From an uncultured Chloroflexia bacterium (GTDB lineage Bacteria > Chloroflexota > Limnocylindria > Limnocylindrales > CSP1-4): a DNA stretch of 64,000 nt. Below, in pieces: positions 11,314 through 21,823 of the stretch. The notes beneath the pieces are model-generated. The model saw nothing but the letters and a program-made list of their open reading frames with translations. It searched no databases and was not told the DNA's origin. The stretch is from positions 5,323-69,322 of the forward strand of contig CAVYXU010000033.1 of the NCBI GenBank assembly GCA_963772565.1, in the 5' to 3' direction. Position numbers and translations under genes: made by a program. Each line of letters opens with the position of its first letter. Positions within the stretch are counted from its first letter, which is position 1.

Positions 11314-12489
11314 ATGAAGATCGCGATCATGGGCACGCGCGGCGTGCCGGCGGCCTACGGCGGGTTTTGAGACATTCGCCGAAGAGCTCGGGGCGAGGCT
11401 CGTTGCCCGGGGCCACGACGTTACGGTCTACGGGCGATCGCATGTGGTTCCCGATGGACCTTCGCGAGCATCGCGGCATGCGCCTGCGCGTCCTCCCGAC
11501 GATCCGCCACAAGTACCTCGACACAGTCGCACACACAGGCCTGTCGGTCATCGACGGACTCTTCCGCCGGTTCGATATCGTCCTGATCTGCAACAACGCG
11601 AATGCGCCGTTTGCGCTCGTCCCGCGGCTCGCGGGTGCGAAGGTCGCGCTCAACATCGATGGCCTGGAGTGGCAGCGGGGTAAGTGGAACCAGCTCGGGC
11701 GGCTCTACTACCAGGCATGTGCATGGCTCTCGCCGCGTCTGCCGATCGTCTTGGTCTCGGACGCCCACGTCATTGCGCGCTGGTACCGCGAACGCCATGG
11801 AAAGCAGACGGTCTACATCCCGTACGGCTCGGACGCCCGGCGATTCGAACCCGGTGAAACCCTCACACGGTTCGGCCTCGAGGCGAACCGCTACCTGCTC
11901 TACGTCAGCCGGCTCGAGCCGGAGAACAACGCGCACGTCGTCATCGAGGCCTATCGGCGGGCGGGCGGGCAGGACGGCCTCGACGGTGTTCCCCTTGTTG
12001 TCGTCGGCGACGCACCCTATGCGACTAGACTACAAGGCGACGCTGGAGACGGCTGCCGCCTCGAAGCCCGGTGTCCTGTTGCCCGGCTACGTCTTCGGCG
12101 ACGGCTACGCCGAACTCCAGTCAAATGCCCTCGTCTATATCCAGGCGACCGAGGTGGGTGGGACCCATCCTGCCCTCGTCGAGGCGATGGGCCGCGGCGT
12201 CTGCATCGTCGCCAATGACGTTCCAGAGCATCGCGAGGTACTCGGCGACGCAGGGCGCTATTACGCCCGTAACGACGCTGACTCGCTGGCCGCTGCCCTC
12301 CGTGCCCTGGTTGCGGATCCTGCTGAGCGCCGACGGCTCGGCGAGTCCGCCCGAGCCCGTGCCCTGGCCGATTACTCGTGGGACCACGTGACCGACGAGT
12401 ACGAGGCGCTCTTCCGCCGGATGCGCGACGGGCAAGACGTGGCTGCTTCCGGAACAGCCTCGGCGATCCCGCCCGCTGACGTACCGTGA
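11314..12489 (+). CDS. Glycosyltransferase family 4 (DUF1972-type), three frameshifts
   Basis: MKIAIMGTRGVPAAYGGFETFAEELG, NIDGLEWQRGKW, SRLEPENN, EVGGTHPALVEAM. Shifts near 11368, 11450 and 12025. Confidence 0.85.
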
Positions 12490-14396
12490 GGCGAGTACGA
12501 ATTGCGGTCATCGCGCACGACAGCACCAACAACTTCCATTGGCGCGTTCCCGCGCGCCCGCCCAACGCCGTGATGTCCGCGGTCGCCGCCCGTCCCAGAT
12601 GGAACACGCGTTGGCCAGACGTCGCCTTCGCCGTGCTGGTCGTGATGACCTTCGTCGGCCTCCTCTACCTAGGTCGCTCACTAACCTTCTGGCAGGACGA
12701 ATGGTCCTTCATCGACTTTGACAGCCACGGGTCGCTGCTCGCGTATCTCGTTCCCCACAATGAACACTGGTCGACCGTTCCGAGAATCTTCTACGCAGCC
12801 CTACTCGCGCTGTTCGGCATGCGGTCATACCTACCCTACCTTTCCCTTCTGCTCGTCCTCCATCTCTTCGCCGTGGTGGCGGTCTACGTTCTCCTGGCTC
12901 GGCGCCACACTCGACTCATCGCCCTCGCAATGGCGGTGCCTCTGCTCGTGCTCGGCAGTGGCTACGGGAATTTGTTCTGGGCGTTTCAGATCGGCTTCGT
13001 TGGATCCACGGCAGCAGGCGTCTGGGCGTTGGTCGCGCTCGAATTGCCCGGCAGGCGTAATGGCGCGCTGGGCAGCGTCCTGCTTCTTGTCTCACTCGCA
13101 TCCTCGGGCATGGGCCTCTTCTTCCTTGCGGCGGCTGCCGTGCGACTCGTGGCGGAGGCCCGCCTGCGGGAGCGCATCCCGTCGCTCGCCTTGCCGACGG
13201 GCAGCTACATCCTGTGGTATCTGGCGTTCGGGAGAGCGGGCCTCGCCGAGCGCGGCCAGCTCGCGAGCCTATCCGAAGCGCTGGACTTTGCGGCACGAGG
13301 TCTACTGCACTCGATCGCTAGGTTCTCCGGGTTGGATGCCCAGTCGGGGTGGCTGGGGTCCACGATGGCAACCGTGGTCCTGCCGGCGATGCTGTTGTTC
13401 GCCGGGCTCATGACACTCGTGTGGATGGTTGTGCGGCGGCGCACGGTCCCGCCGCTGGCGCTGGCCGCGCTCACGGCGTTCATCGTCATGTACGCGGTCA
13501 TAGGCTTGGTGCGCGCGCAGCTAGCGAGTGACTTTGCGGAGAGGAGCCGCTATGTATACGTCGCTGCGTTCTTCATGGTCTTGCTGGTTGGGGACCTGCT
13601 TGCGGGAATTTCCTGGCAGGTCTACGCGAGCCGCGCTGCGACATTCGTGGTGGCACCGCTCTTGGTGCTCTCCATAACAACCAACGCTATGGAACTGAAG
13701 ACGGGGCGAGATGAATTTCAGATCTACGCGGATCTCACCCGGTCCTACGTGACGATCATCGAGCAGAGCCATGATCGGACCTGGATGGACCCCGCCGGGC
13801 TGCTGCTGGAGTGGCCAACCGTGGACGAGGTGCGCGCGCTCGTCGACCGGTATGGGAACCCTGCCGCTGACGAATTCCTGCCGCAAGTAGCGACGCGGCC
13901 AAGTGATGGCGCATTCGAGCAAGCACTCCTGCGGCTTGTTGGCCGAGGGTTCCGCGTGGGCTCGGGGCCTTCATCGTCGCCGACGAAGCTTGCGCTGCGG
14001 GTTGTCGCCTTCGACGGGACCCGGCCCGCGTCAGATGGTGTCTGCTTGGCGGTCGTGCCGACCGGCTCGAGTCCAAGTGTGACCGTTCAGGTTCCAAGCG
14101 GCACATGGATCGAGGTACTTGGCAGCGGCGGCATCGGCAGTGCACTGCTCGGCCATCAACTGCGCCCATCGCCCCGCACGCGGATCTCATTTGTGCTTAG
14201 CGAGGTCCCGGCAACGTATGTGCGTATCCCTGACATCGGGGACGGGACAACATGGCAGGTGAAAGTTGAACTGCCGAGCACCGGCATGCGCATGAGCCTG
14301 TGCTCCATCGGGCAAGCACCCGCAGCCGAATTGGTCGCGCGACCAGCCGAGACGTCGGCGAGAAGGTCCTTCGAATGGCCGAGTCCACCCGGCTAA
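12486..14396 (+). CDS. Polytopic membrane protein, putative GT-C-like glycan-modifying enzyme
   Basis: FWQDEW and PHNEHWSTVP in the first loop, many TM segments, SRYVY motif, soluble C-terminal domain. Start uncertain. Confidence 0.6.
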   Translation: MRRVRIAVIAHDSTNNFHWRVPARPPNAVMSAVAARPRWNTRWPDVAFAVLVVMTFVGLLYLGRSLTFWQDEWSFIDFDSHGSLLAYLVPHNEHWSTVPRIFYAALLALFGMRSYLPYLSLLLVLHLFAVVAVYVLLARRHTRLIALAMAVPLLVLGSGYGNLFWAFQIGFVGSTAAGVWALVALELPGRRNGALGSVLLLVSLASSGMGLFFLAAAAVRLVAEARLRERIPSLALPTGSYILWYLAFGRAGLAERGQLASLSEALDFAARGLLHSIARFSGLDAQSGWLGSTMATVVLPAMLLFAGLMTLVWMVVRRRTVPPLALAALTAFIVMYAVIGLVRAQLASDFAERSRYVYVAAFFMVLLVGDLLAGISWQVYASRAATFVVAPLLVLSITTNAMELKTGRDEFQIYADLTRSYVTIIEQSHDRTWMDPAGLLLEWPTVDEVRALVDRYGNPAADEFLPQVATRPSDGAFEQALLRLVGRGFRVGSGPSSSPTKLALRVVAFDGTRPASDGVCLAVVPTGSSPSVTVQVPSGTWIEVLGSGGIGSALLGHQLRPSPRTRISFVLSEVPATYVRIPDIGDGTTWQVKVELPSTGMRMSLCSIGQAPAAELVARPAETSARRSFEWPSPPG

Positions 14397-16174
14397 TTCG
14401 AACCACCGCAAGCCCTGATGGCCGAGCCGCGTGGCGACTCGATGCGGACCGCCCATGCCCAACCTGGGACGCTGGGAAGGTGGAGTGACGAGGCGCTCTC
14501 CCCAACCGTCTGCGGAATTGATGCAGCGGCTTGGAACGGGGCGAAGTGCGCGACGTACACGTGGAGGGCGAGCGTGCCGTCCAAGGCGGCGAGCGAGAGA
14601 CTGTCGCCGGCCCGAGCGTCAAGGTCGATCAGCCCTGAGGCGGACCTTATGATGGAGCAGGCGGCGCCGTCTGCATGCACGGTTACGCCGGCGGCCGCGC
14701 GCACGCGAGCCTGTCCAGTGAGCACGCCCACCGGGCCAGCGAGAAGCTCGTGTGCGAAGAGCCGCACGAGCGTCTGGTCCGCGGCCTCCCGCACGTCGAG
14801 GGCGGCGTCGTCGAGGGCAGCTTCTTCCAAGACGCCCGCCGGTCTCCCCAGTTGGTCGACCGCCTGCGTCCATCGTCGGAGATCCACGTACGGGAGCTGT
14901 CCAGGATCGATGGGCGCAGTGCCGTCGACGCCTGGCAGGTGCCGCACGAGGTACGCCGCGGAGAGCTGGCCCGTCTGGCCCTCCAGCCGCAGGTGCCACC
15001 ACGTGGTAGTAGGCATCGTGAAGTACGAGAGATTGCCCACGATGGAGACCGCGACGATGCCGGCAGCGACCAAGCGCACCACGACGCTCCGGTGGGCACG
15101 CAACGGCGCGAGCAGCTTCGGCGATGATCACGAGCGCGAACACCGCGCCTACGTAGATGTAGCGGCTTTCGTTGGCCTGTTCGATTCCCAGCTGGGATCG
15201 GGTGGCAGCGATCGAGCCATAAAACAGGAGGAGTCCCGCCAGCGCCCCCCACGCGCGGGCGCTCAAAGGTCGACGAGAGGCAGCCCACGCCACTGCCCCA
15301 ATCGCAAGGGCCAGCACGGTGGCGCCTGCGCCCGAGCCCAGCCCGGACACGCCTGCCGCCAGATGGAGCAGGCCTGCCATAACGAATGCCGGACCGGAAG
15401 TGATGGCGTCAATGAGCGCCTGTCGGCCCTGGCGCGGGCCAAAGAGGATATCCCAGAGCACATACCCTACCAATGGCAAGGCTAGGGCGGGAAGCACCCG
15501 CCAACGATCACTCGCAGCATCCCCTCCACGAAGATGGCGGCGCACCAAATCAGCCCTACACCCGAGGACGCCACGGACAGCAGGAGAAGTATGCCGGCTG
15601 CGACCTGCCGGCGGCGGGCTGGCCGATCGACATCAAGAAGCACCAGGGCGCCAAGCCCGAGAGAGATGGACGCGAGTTGCCCAACCTGGAATGCCCACAG
15701 GAGATCCTGGTAGGCGCTTCCCAGGAAGAGCAACAGCGCGGTCGCACCGAGTGCGATCTCCGAACCTACGCGCCTCCGTAGGACAGCAAACAGGAGCAGT
15801 CCGTTGATTGCGTGGAACGCCGCCAGCGTCGCCATGTACGGGACATACGACCCGATGCTGACGGTGCGGAAAAGAAACTGGTAGATCGCGATGGGAACCG
15901 TCGACCAGTGCTCGCTGTTGTGCGGTCTGAGGTACGTCTCAAGCGTGTTCCCACGGCGTTCCAGGATCCACGTCCACTCGTCCCACCAGAAACTGAGATG
16001 CCGACTCAGATATAGGACGAGTGCCGCCGCGAGCAACGCCAGGCCTACCGCGACTGCGACGGCGAGCTTCCCCGACAGTCGCACGTGGGCGTGGTTAAGT
16101 GGCCGCGGAAGTGCCGGCGCGGGCCCCGCCCTGCGATGCCGCGACATTGAGTGCTTGGTGGACGCCATCGTCAC
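14393..16174 (-). CDS. Paralog of the 12486..14396 membrane protein, two frameshifts
   Basis: FWWDEW, PHNSEHWSTVP, LLWAFQVG, ASSGVG, SRYIY. Assembled from ORFs 15482..16174, 14619..15548 and 14393..15103. Confidence 0.65.
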
Positions 16175-16514
16175 GGTCCTTCAGTCACAATGCGGTGCCT
16201 CCGATGGTTGGGACATTACTACCGATGCCTAGGCGCCTCGCCGGCTCGTGACGGCAAGCCTGGGTGGGCGCTGCGATCCAAAGGAGGCGGTGAGCCGGCC
16301 CTACGCGAATCGCTTGGGGAACCGATGCCGCGGTACTATCCCAATCGACGGCCGGAACGGGCGGCACGACCGTCGAAGGACCTTCTACTCCCGGGCCCTT
16401 GAGAATCGAGGTAGTCGGGCACTACGGTCGGTCAGCCGGGAGACATCGCACCCACGGTGCTGTGGGGGAGAGATCAAGCACGCCGGTGCGTGTCCATCGC
16501 CCGAGACAGGAGCG

Positions 16515-16820
16515 CTGGACATCGTGGTCGTGGGAGGAGCCGGGCACGTTGGGCTCCCACTCAGTCTCACCTTCGCGCACGCCCGCGTGCGGGCCGGCAT
16601 CTACGACATCGCCCAGGACACGCTCGATCGCATCCAATCTGGGAAGGTGCTCTACCGGGAAGCCGGCGCCGAAGCGGAGATCATCGTTCTCGGCGCACCG
16701 CACAACTCCTACCGCGGCCTGAGCATTGGCGGCCGCGACGACGGCGGATGTCTGGGTTGTGCTCGGCGGCGGTATCAGGCCGTGAAGGTTCTCGTGACCG
16801 TTGCTGCGGTCGCCATCGAG
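16515..16820 (+). pseudogene. Internally deleted nucleotide-sugar dehydrogenase relic plus a stub of an NAD-dependent epimerase
   Basis: N-terminus DIVVVGGAGHVGLPL joined directly to C-terminal IIVLGAPH...DVW...GGGIRP*. A GTGA overlap at 16782-16785 starts VKVLVT. Confidence 0.6.
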
Positions 16821-16829
16821 GAGGGATCG

Positions 16830-17979
16830 ATGCCTGCGACATCCGCCAGCTTCCGCATCCCGATCTTTGCGCTTCAAGCGGTTGCGGTCTTTGTCGCGGC
16901 TGCTCTGCTCGCGGGTTGCGGGTCCAACCCGCCGACGGTGTCGCCGCGAGGATCGTCGGTCGCCCCTTCGGCTGATGCCATGGCCTCACAGGCGCCGATC
17001 GCCAGCACGGCTCCCACGGCGGAACTCTCCGCCTCGCCCGCCCCGACCGCCGCACCCGGCTTCGCGTGGCTGGACGGCCTGCCGGCGAACCCCGGGACCG
17101 CGAGCCGTTTGCCCGTCGCCGTCATGATCGACGACAGCGTGGCAGCCCGCCCGCAGTACGGCTTCAATGCCGCGTCGATCGTGTACCAGGCGCCGGCGGA
17201 CGGCGGCGAGGACCGGTACATGGCGCTGTTCCAGGAGCTCGACGCGAAGCGCGTCGAGGCGATCCGGAGCGGGCGCCCGTACTTCGTCAACTGGGCGTCC
17301 GAGTACCGGGCGGCGTTCGCGCACTACGGCGGGGACGCGAAGACACTCAAGTTCCTCCCCGGGCTGGACGGAAAGGTCCTGTACAACGTCGATGCGCTGT
17401 TCGGCAGCGGGTCCGCGTTCCATCGGGACTCGAAGCGGAGCGCCCCGCACAACGCCTACTCCTCGAGTGATGCGGTCCGCGCGATCGCCGTGAAGCACGG
17501 GGCGCCCGCGACGATGCCAACGGACGTTGGCGTCCGCCCCTTTGCCGACGACCTGCCCGCAGACCAGCGCCCGTCGAAGGGTTCGATCACGATCCCGTAC
17601 AACCGGGGCACCACCGACCTACACCTACGACGCGAAGTCCAACGCCTACCTTCGCTCGGTCGCCGGCAAGGCGCAGATCGATGCTGCCGACGGCAAGCGC
17701 GTCACGGCTCGCAACGTGGTCGTGCTGTTCATGCGCCTGTCCATCGATCCGGAATCGGAGCCGGGCCACGCTCGGCCCGTGCTCGACCAGATCGGCACCG
17801 GGAAGGCGCTGGTGTTCCGCGACGGCAAGGTCATCGCCGGCACGTGGCGCAAGGACACGGCCGCCGGCCTGACCCGCTTCTTCGACGCCGCAGGGACCGA
17901 GGTCACGCTCGTGCGCGGGCGGATCTTCATCCAGGTCGTCGCGACCGGGACGAAGGTTACGTACGACGCCGCCGGCTGA
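16830..17979 (+). CDS. DUF3048 (YerB-like) lipoprotein, frameshift near 17615
   Basis: SD GAGGAGG, lipobox LLAGC, PVAVMIDD..ARPQYG, IRSGRPYF, RSAPHNAY. C-terminus in ORF 17527..17979. Confidence 0.85.
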
Positions 17980-18081
17980 GGATGACCGGGCCGCCGGCCG
18001 GCGACGACCCGTACGACGCCGCCGCTGGGATGACCGGGCCGCCGCCGGCGACGACCTGGCCGGCGACGACCTGGCCGGCGA
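17961..18081. repeat. About 50-bp tandem duplication spanning the stop codon, followed by 15-bp units
   Basis: gtacgacgccgcc...gatgaccgggccgcc...ggcgacgacc twice, then cggcgacgacctggc twice. Confidence 0.8.
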
Positions 18082-18154
18082 GCCGGCAGCCGAGCGACGA
18101 CCGGGCCGCCGGCAAGGGACGACTGACCGCCGCGCGGGTCGGTACCTTCGGGTG

Positions 18155-20102
18155 GTGCCCGCGGTCACCCCGCACTGCCAGCATCCGATTCGTGCAGCGC
18201 CTTCGTGCGGCCGTCGGCCGCCTCCGGGTCGGGCGTCGCGGATCAGCCGCGACATCGCGCCTCCATGCCGTCGCCTTCGTCGGCGGCTTCGTTGCCCTGG
18301 TGCTCGGGATCGCGGGCTGGGCGATCGCCGGCGGACCGTCCTCGATCGAGGACCTGATCATCGTCCTCGACTTCACCGTCGGGGGCACCGTCCTGCTCAC
18401 GGGAGCCCTCGTCGGCAGGGCACGGGCGGCAGAGGCTCGTCGCGCCGGTCAGCTGCAGGTGCTGCAGGGCGCGGCCAAACGGATGAGCGCGAGCCTCAGC
18501 TTCGCCGAGGTTGGCCGGGCCGTGGTGGAGGAGACCCAGCGCGTCATCGACTACCACAACGCACGTGTCTACCTGCTCGAGCCACCCGATGACCTGGTGC
18601 CCGTCGCGTTCGAGGGCCGCATCGGTGCCTACGACATGGTCGATCTCGACATCCTGCGCACGAAGATCGGTGAGGGGCTGACCGGTTGGGTCGCCCGCAA
18701 CGGGCATCCGCTGAGGATCGGCGATGTCGGGCGAGACCCGCGCGCCGCCACCATCCCCGGCACGGACGACGTCGAGGAGTCGATGCTGGTGGTGCCGATG
18801 CGACAGGACGATGCTCTCGTCGGGGTGATCACGCTGTCGAAGCTCGGCCTGTACCAGTTCGATGGCGACGACCTGCAGCTGCTGATGATCCTCGCGGACC
18901 AGGCCGCGACTGCGTTCTCCGGGGCATCGCTGCTGGCGGAGACCCGTCGTCTTGCGGCCGAGCTGCGCCAGCTGCTCGACATGAGCAGCGCCCTGACGCG
19001 GTCGCTCGACCCGCACGACGTGGCGAACCTGATGGCAGAGCACCTCGCCCGGGCTGTTGGGGCGGATGAGGCGCAGATCAGCGACTGGGACCATGTCAAC
19101 GACCGGGTCCGAAGCCTCGGAGCCTACCCGACGGACACCGGGGTCGAGGCCGCCGCGTTCTATCCGCTTGCCCCGTACCCGTTGACCCGCCGGGTGCTCA
19201 ACGAGGGGATGATCGCGTTCGTCGACGTCGACGACCCGGAAGCCGACAGCGCCGAGGTGGAGCTCCTGCGCGACGAGGGCATGGGCGGCCTGGTGATGCT
19301 GCCGCTGATCGCGAAGGGCGAGGCGATCGGGCTGGTCGAGCTGACCTTCCGCGGCCACCCGGTCGGCGACGCCGGCCCGATCACGCTCGCCCAGACGATG
19401 ACCCACGAAGCGGCGATGGCGCTCGAGAACGCGCGGCTGTACGAGACCGCCCGGAACCTCGCCGACCGCGACCCCCTGACGGGGTTCTTCAACCACCGGT
19501 ACCTCCACGAGCGCCTCGCCGAGGAGGTCGTGCGTGCCGTCCGCACCCGCGAGCCGCTCAGCGTCGTGATGCTCGACCTGGATGACTTCAAGCTCGTCAA
19601 CGACACCCTCGGCCACGTGTACGGTGACCGGGTCCTGGTGCATGTCGCGGACCTGATTCGCTCGACGCTGCGCAGGCCGGATGTCGCTGCGCGCTATGGC
19701 GGCGACGAGTTCGCGCTGGTCCTGCCGGAGACCGACCGTGAAGCGGCGGCGCACGCCGCCGGGCGCATCCTCGATGCCCTCCGGGACTCGCCGTTCTCCG
19801 CCGATGGCCGTCGTTCGTTCCCGATCGGCGCATCGATCGGCGTCTCAACCTACCCGGACGCCGGGCGAAGTGCGACGGACCTCATCGCGATCGCGGACGC
19901 GGCGCTCTACGCATCGAAGGCACGCGGCGGCAACCAGGTAACGGCCGGGGTGGAAGGCGAGGACGGCGAGACGGCAACCGGCGCCGATGCGGACGGCGAC
20001 GGCCGGCTGGAGCCGCCGGTACGAATGGCTGATCGCCGGCATGAGCAGCTTCCCGATCCGCCGGCGGTCGAGGTGGGTATGGTGGAGTCCGGTTCAGGCT
20101 GA
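18155..20102 (+). CDS. Membrane-anchored GAF-GAF-GGDEF diguanylate cyclase
   Basis: Two TM segments, two GAF domains, DPLTGFFNHR, RRPD I-site, RYGGDEF. Start is GTG 18155 (after TACCTT) with a +1 in the CCCC run near 18170, or GTG 18192. Confidence 0.88.
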
Positions 20103-20153
20103 CGCGTACGGAAGTACCGGGTCGAACGTCGCCGACAGTACTGTCCCTTCCCC

Positions 20154-21647
20154 TTGCCCCGCGACCCGCGCGGCCCCATCCTTCAGTTCCAGGTGAGAGT
20201 GGGCGAACGAGATCCTGGCAGCCGCAGGCGACGCGTCGAATGGCGCGCGCTGACTCGGCGCCCGTTCGTCCTCCTGTTCGTCGCCCTCGGCACGATCGAG
20301 GTCGTGCGCCTGGTCATCGATCCGCGTCCTCTGGACCTGGTCGTCCTTGCGCTGCTTGCCCTCGTCGGGTTTGCAGCCGTCCGCGAGCGCGAGGAGGTCG
20401 TGGGGCTCGAAGGCACGAGGCGCACCGAGGCAGAATCGTTCGCGCGCATCCTCCGCGGCCTCGCTCGATCCGTGTCACCCGACGCAATCGTCGCCGCGAT
20501 CGTCGAGGAGCTCGGCTCGGGGACCGGCGCCGATCACGTCGCGGTCGTCCGCCGCCGGCCCGACGCCCGCTACCTCGAGGTCATCCTGTCGCCGTCGCGA
20601 CCGGGAGCCCCGGCATCGCGTACGACGATGCCGCTCGCAGAGCTCGAGGATCCGGCCGAACAGGACGCACAGATGCGGGTTGCCGTCGCGGCCGCGCGGG
20701 GACGTCGGCTCACCGCGGTGCCCATCGAGCCGGACCCCGCCGGTGATCCCCAGCTCGCACCGCTCGGGATCACCGTCGATCGCCTCGGGACCGGTGGCGC
20801 CCTCGCCCAGGCCGGACGCGCCCGGCCGGACCGGGAGTCCGGCGGTGCGGCCGTCGCGGTCGCCCCGGTCGCCCCGGTCGCGCCGGCACGGACTCGGAGC
20901 GGCGTTCAGGCATCGCCTGCGAGCAAGGGCGCTGATCAGCGCATCGCGGATCGGATCGCCGCGCGGCTGCGAGATGCCTACGGGCTGAGCAACCTCGTCG
21001 CGGCGCCGCTGCGCATCGACGGCAGCGTCGAGGGCGCGATCGTTCTCTCGCGCCGCACGAGCGAACCCTGGCCCTCGAGCGCTCACCGGTTCCTGGCGGC
21101 GGCTGCGGCCGAGGTGTCCGCGGCCCTGGCGCGCGTGTACTCGCTGCGCGATGCGGAGACGCGCGCATCCACGGACGCGCTGACCGGCCTTCCGAACCGC
21201 CGGTACTTCGACGAGTACGTCGGCCTGCTGTCGCGACGACGCCGCGCCGAGGACCGGGTTGGCGTGCTGATGATCGACATCGATCGCTTCAAGAGGCTCA
21301 ACGACACCTTTGGTCACGGCGTGGGCGACCACGTCCTGCGCGAGGTGGCCCATGCGATCGCGGGCGCGGTTCGCGATGGGGACGTCCCGTCCAGGTTCGG
21401 AGGCGAGGAGTTCGCGGTCCTGCTCCGGAACCCGGGCCCCGAGATCGCGCTCGAGGTCGGGGAGCGCGTCCGCCGGTCCGTCGGCGATCTCGACCTGCGC
21501 AGGCTGGGCGTGCCCGGCGTGAGCGTGTCGGTCGGCGTGGCGGTCGCCAAGTCTCCGGACGTCGGCCTCGACCTCGTGATCGACGAAGCCGACAAGGCGC
21601 TCTACCGCGCCAAGCGAGCGGGTCGCAATCGGGTCGTCTCGGCGTAA
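20154..21647 (+). CDS. Membrane-anchored GAF-GGDEF diguanylate cyclase
   Basis: DALTGLPNRR, DIDRFKRLND, RDGD I-site, RFGGEEF. Confidence 0.88.
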   Translation: MPRDPRGPILQFQVRVGERDPGSRRRRVEWRALTRRPFVLLFVALGTIEVVRLVIDPRPLDLVVLALLALVGFAAVREREEVVGLEGTRRTEAESFARILRGLARSVSPDAIVAAIVEELGSGTGADHVAVVRRRPDARYLEVILSPSRPGAPASRTTMPLAELEDPAEQDAQMRVAVAAARGRRLTAVPIEPDPAGDPQLAPLGITVDRLGTGGALAQAGRARPDRESGGAAVAVAPVAPVAPARTRSGVQASPASKGADQRIADRIAARLRDAYGLSNLVAAPLRIDGSVEGAIVLSRRTSEPWPSSAHRFLAAAAAEVSAALARVYSLRDAETRASTDALTGLPNRRYFDEYVGLLSRRRRAEDRVGVLMIDIDRFKRLNDTFGHGVGDHVLREVAHAIAGAVRDGDVPSRFGGEEFAVLLRNPGPEIALEVGERVRRSVGDLDLRRLGVPGVSVSVGVAVAKSPDVGLDLVIDEADKALYRAKRAGRNRVVSA

Positions 21648-21672
21648 CCACGGTGGTCGAGGCGCAACGCGC

Positions 21673-21780
21673 TCACCGAGTGACGCCGGCCCCGAGGGAC
21701 GCCGTCACCGCGTGACGCCGTCACCGCGTGACGGTACCCAGTCGCGCCGGCCCCGCGTGACGGTACCCAGTCGCGCCGGT
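21673..21780. repeat. Tandem 16-bp and 29-bp repeats with palindromic GTCAC-N3-GTGAC core
   Basis: About four tcaccgcgtgacgccg-like units, then ccgcgtgacggtacccagtcgcgccgg twice. Confidence 0.75.
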
Positions 21781-21823
21781 TCACGCGGCTCGCACGACCT
21801 CACCGGCCCCGTACCATGCGGGT

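Noticed and set aside
16248-20102. 1284-aa dehydrogenase-DUF3048-GGDEF fusion ORF
   Set aside because: Chance read-through: it strings together a relic, a frameshifted DUF3048 gene with its own stop at 17979, a repeat, and a separate cyclase.
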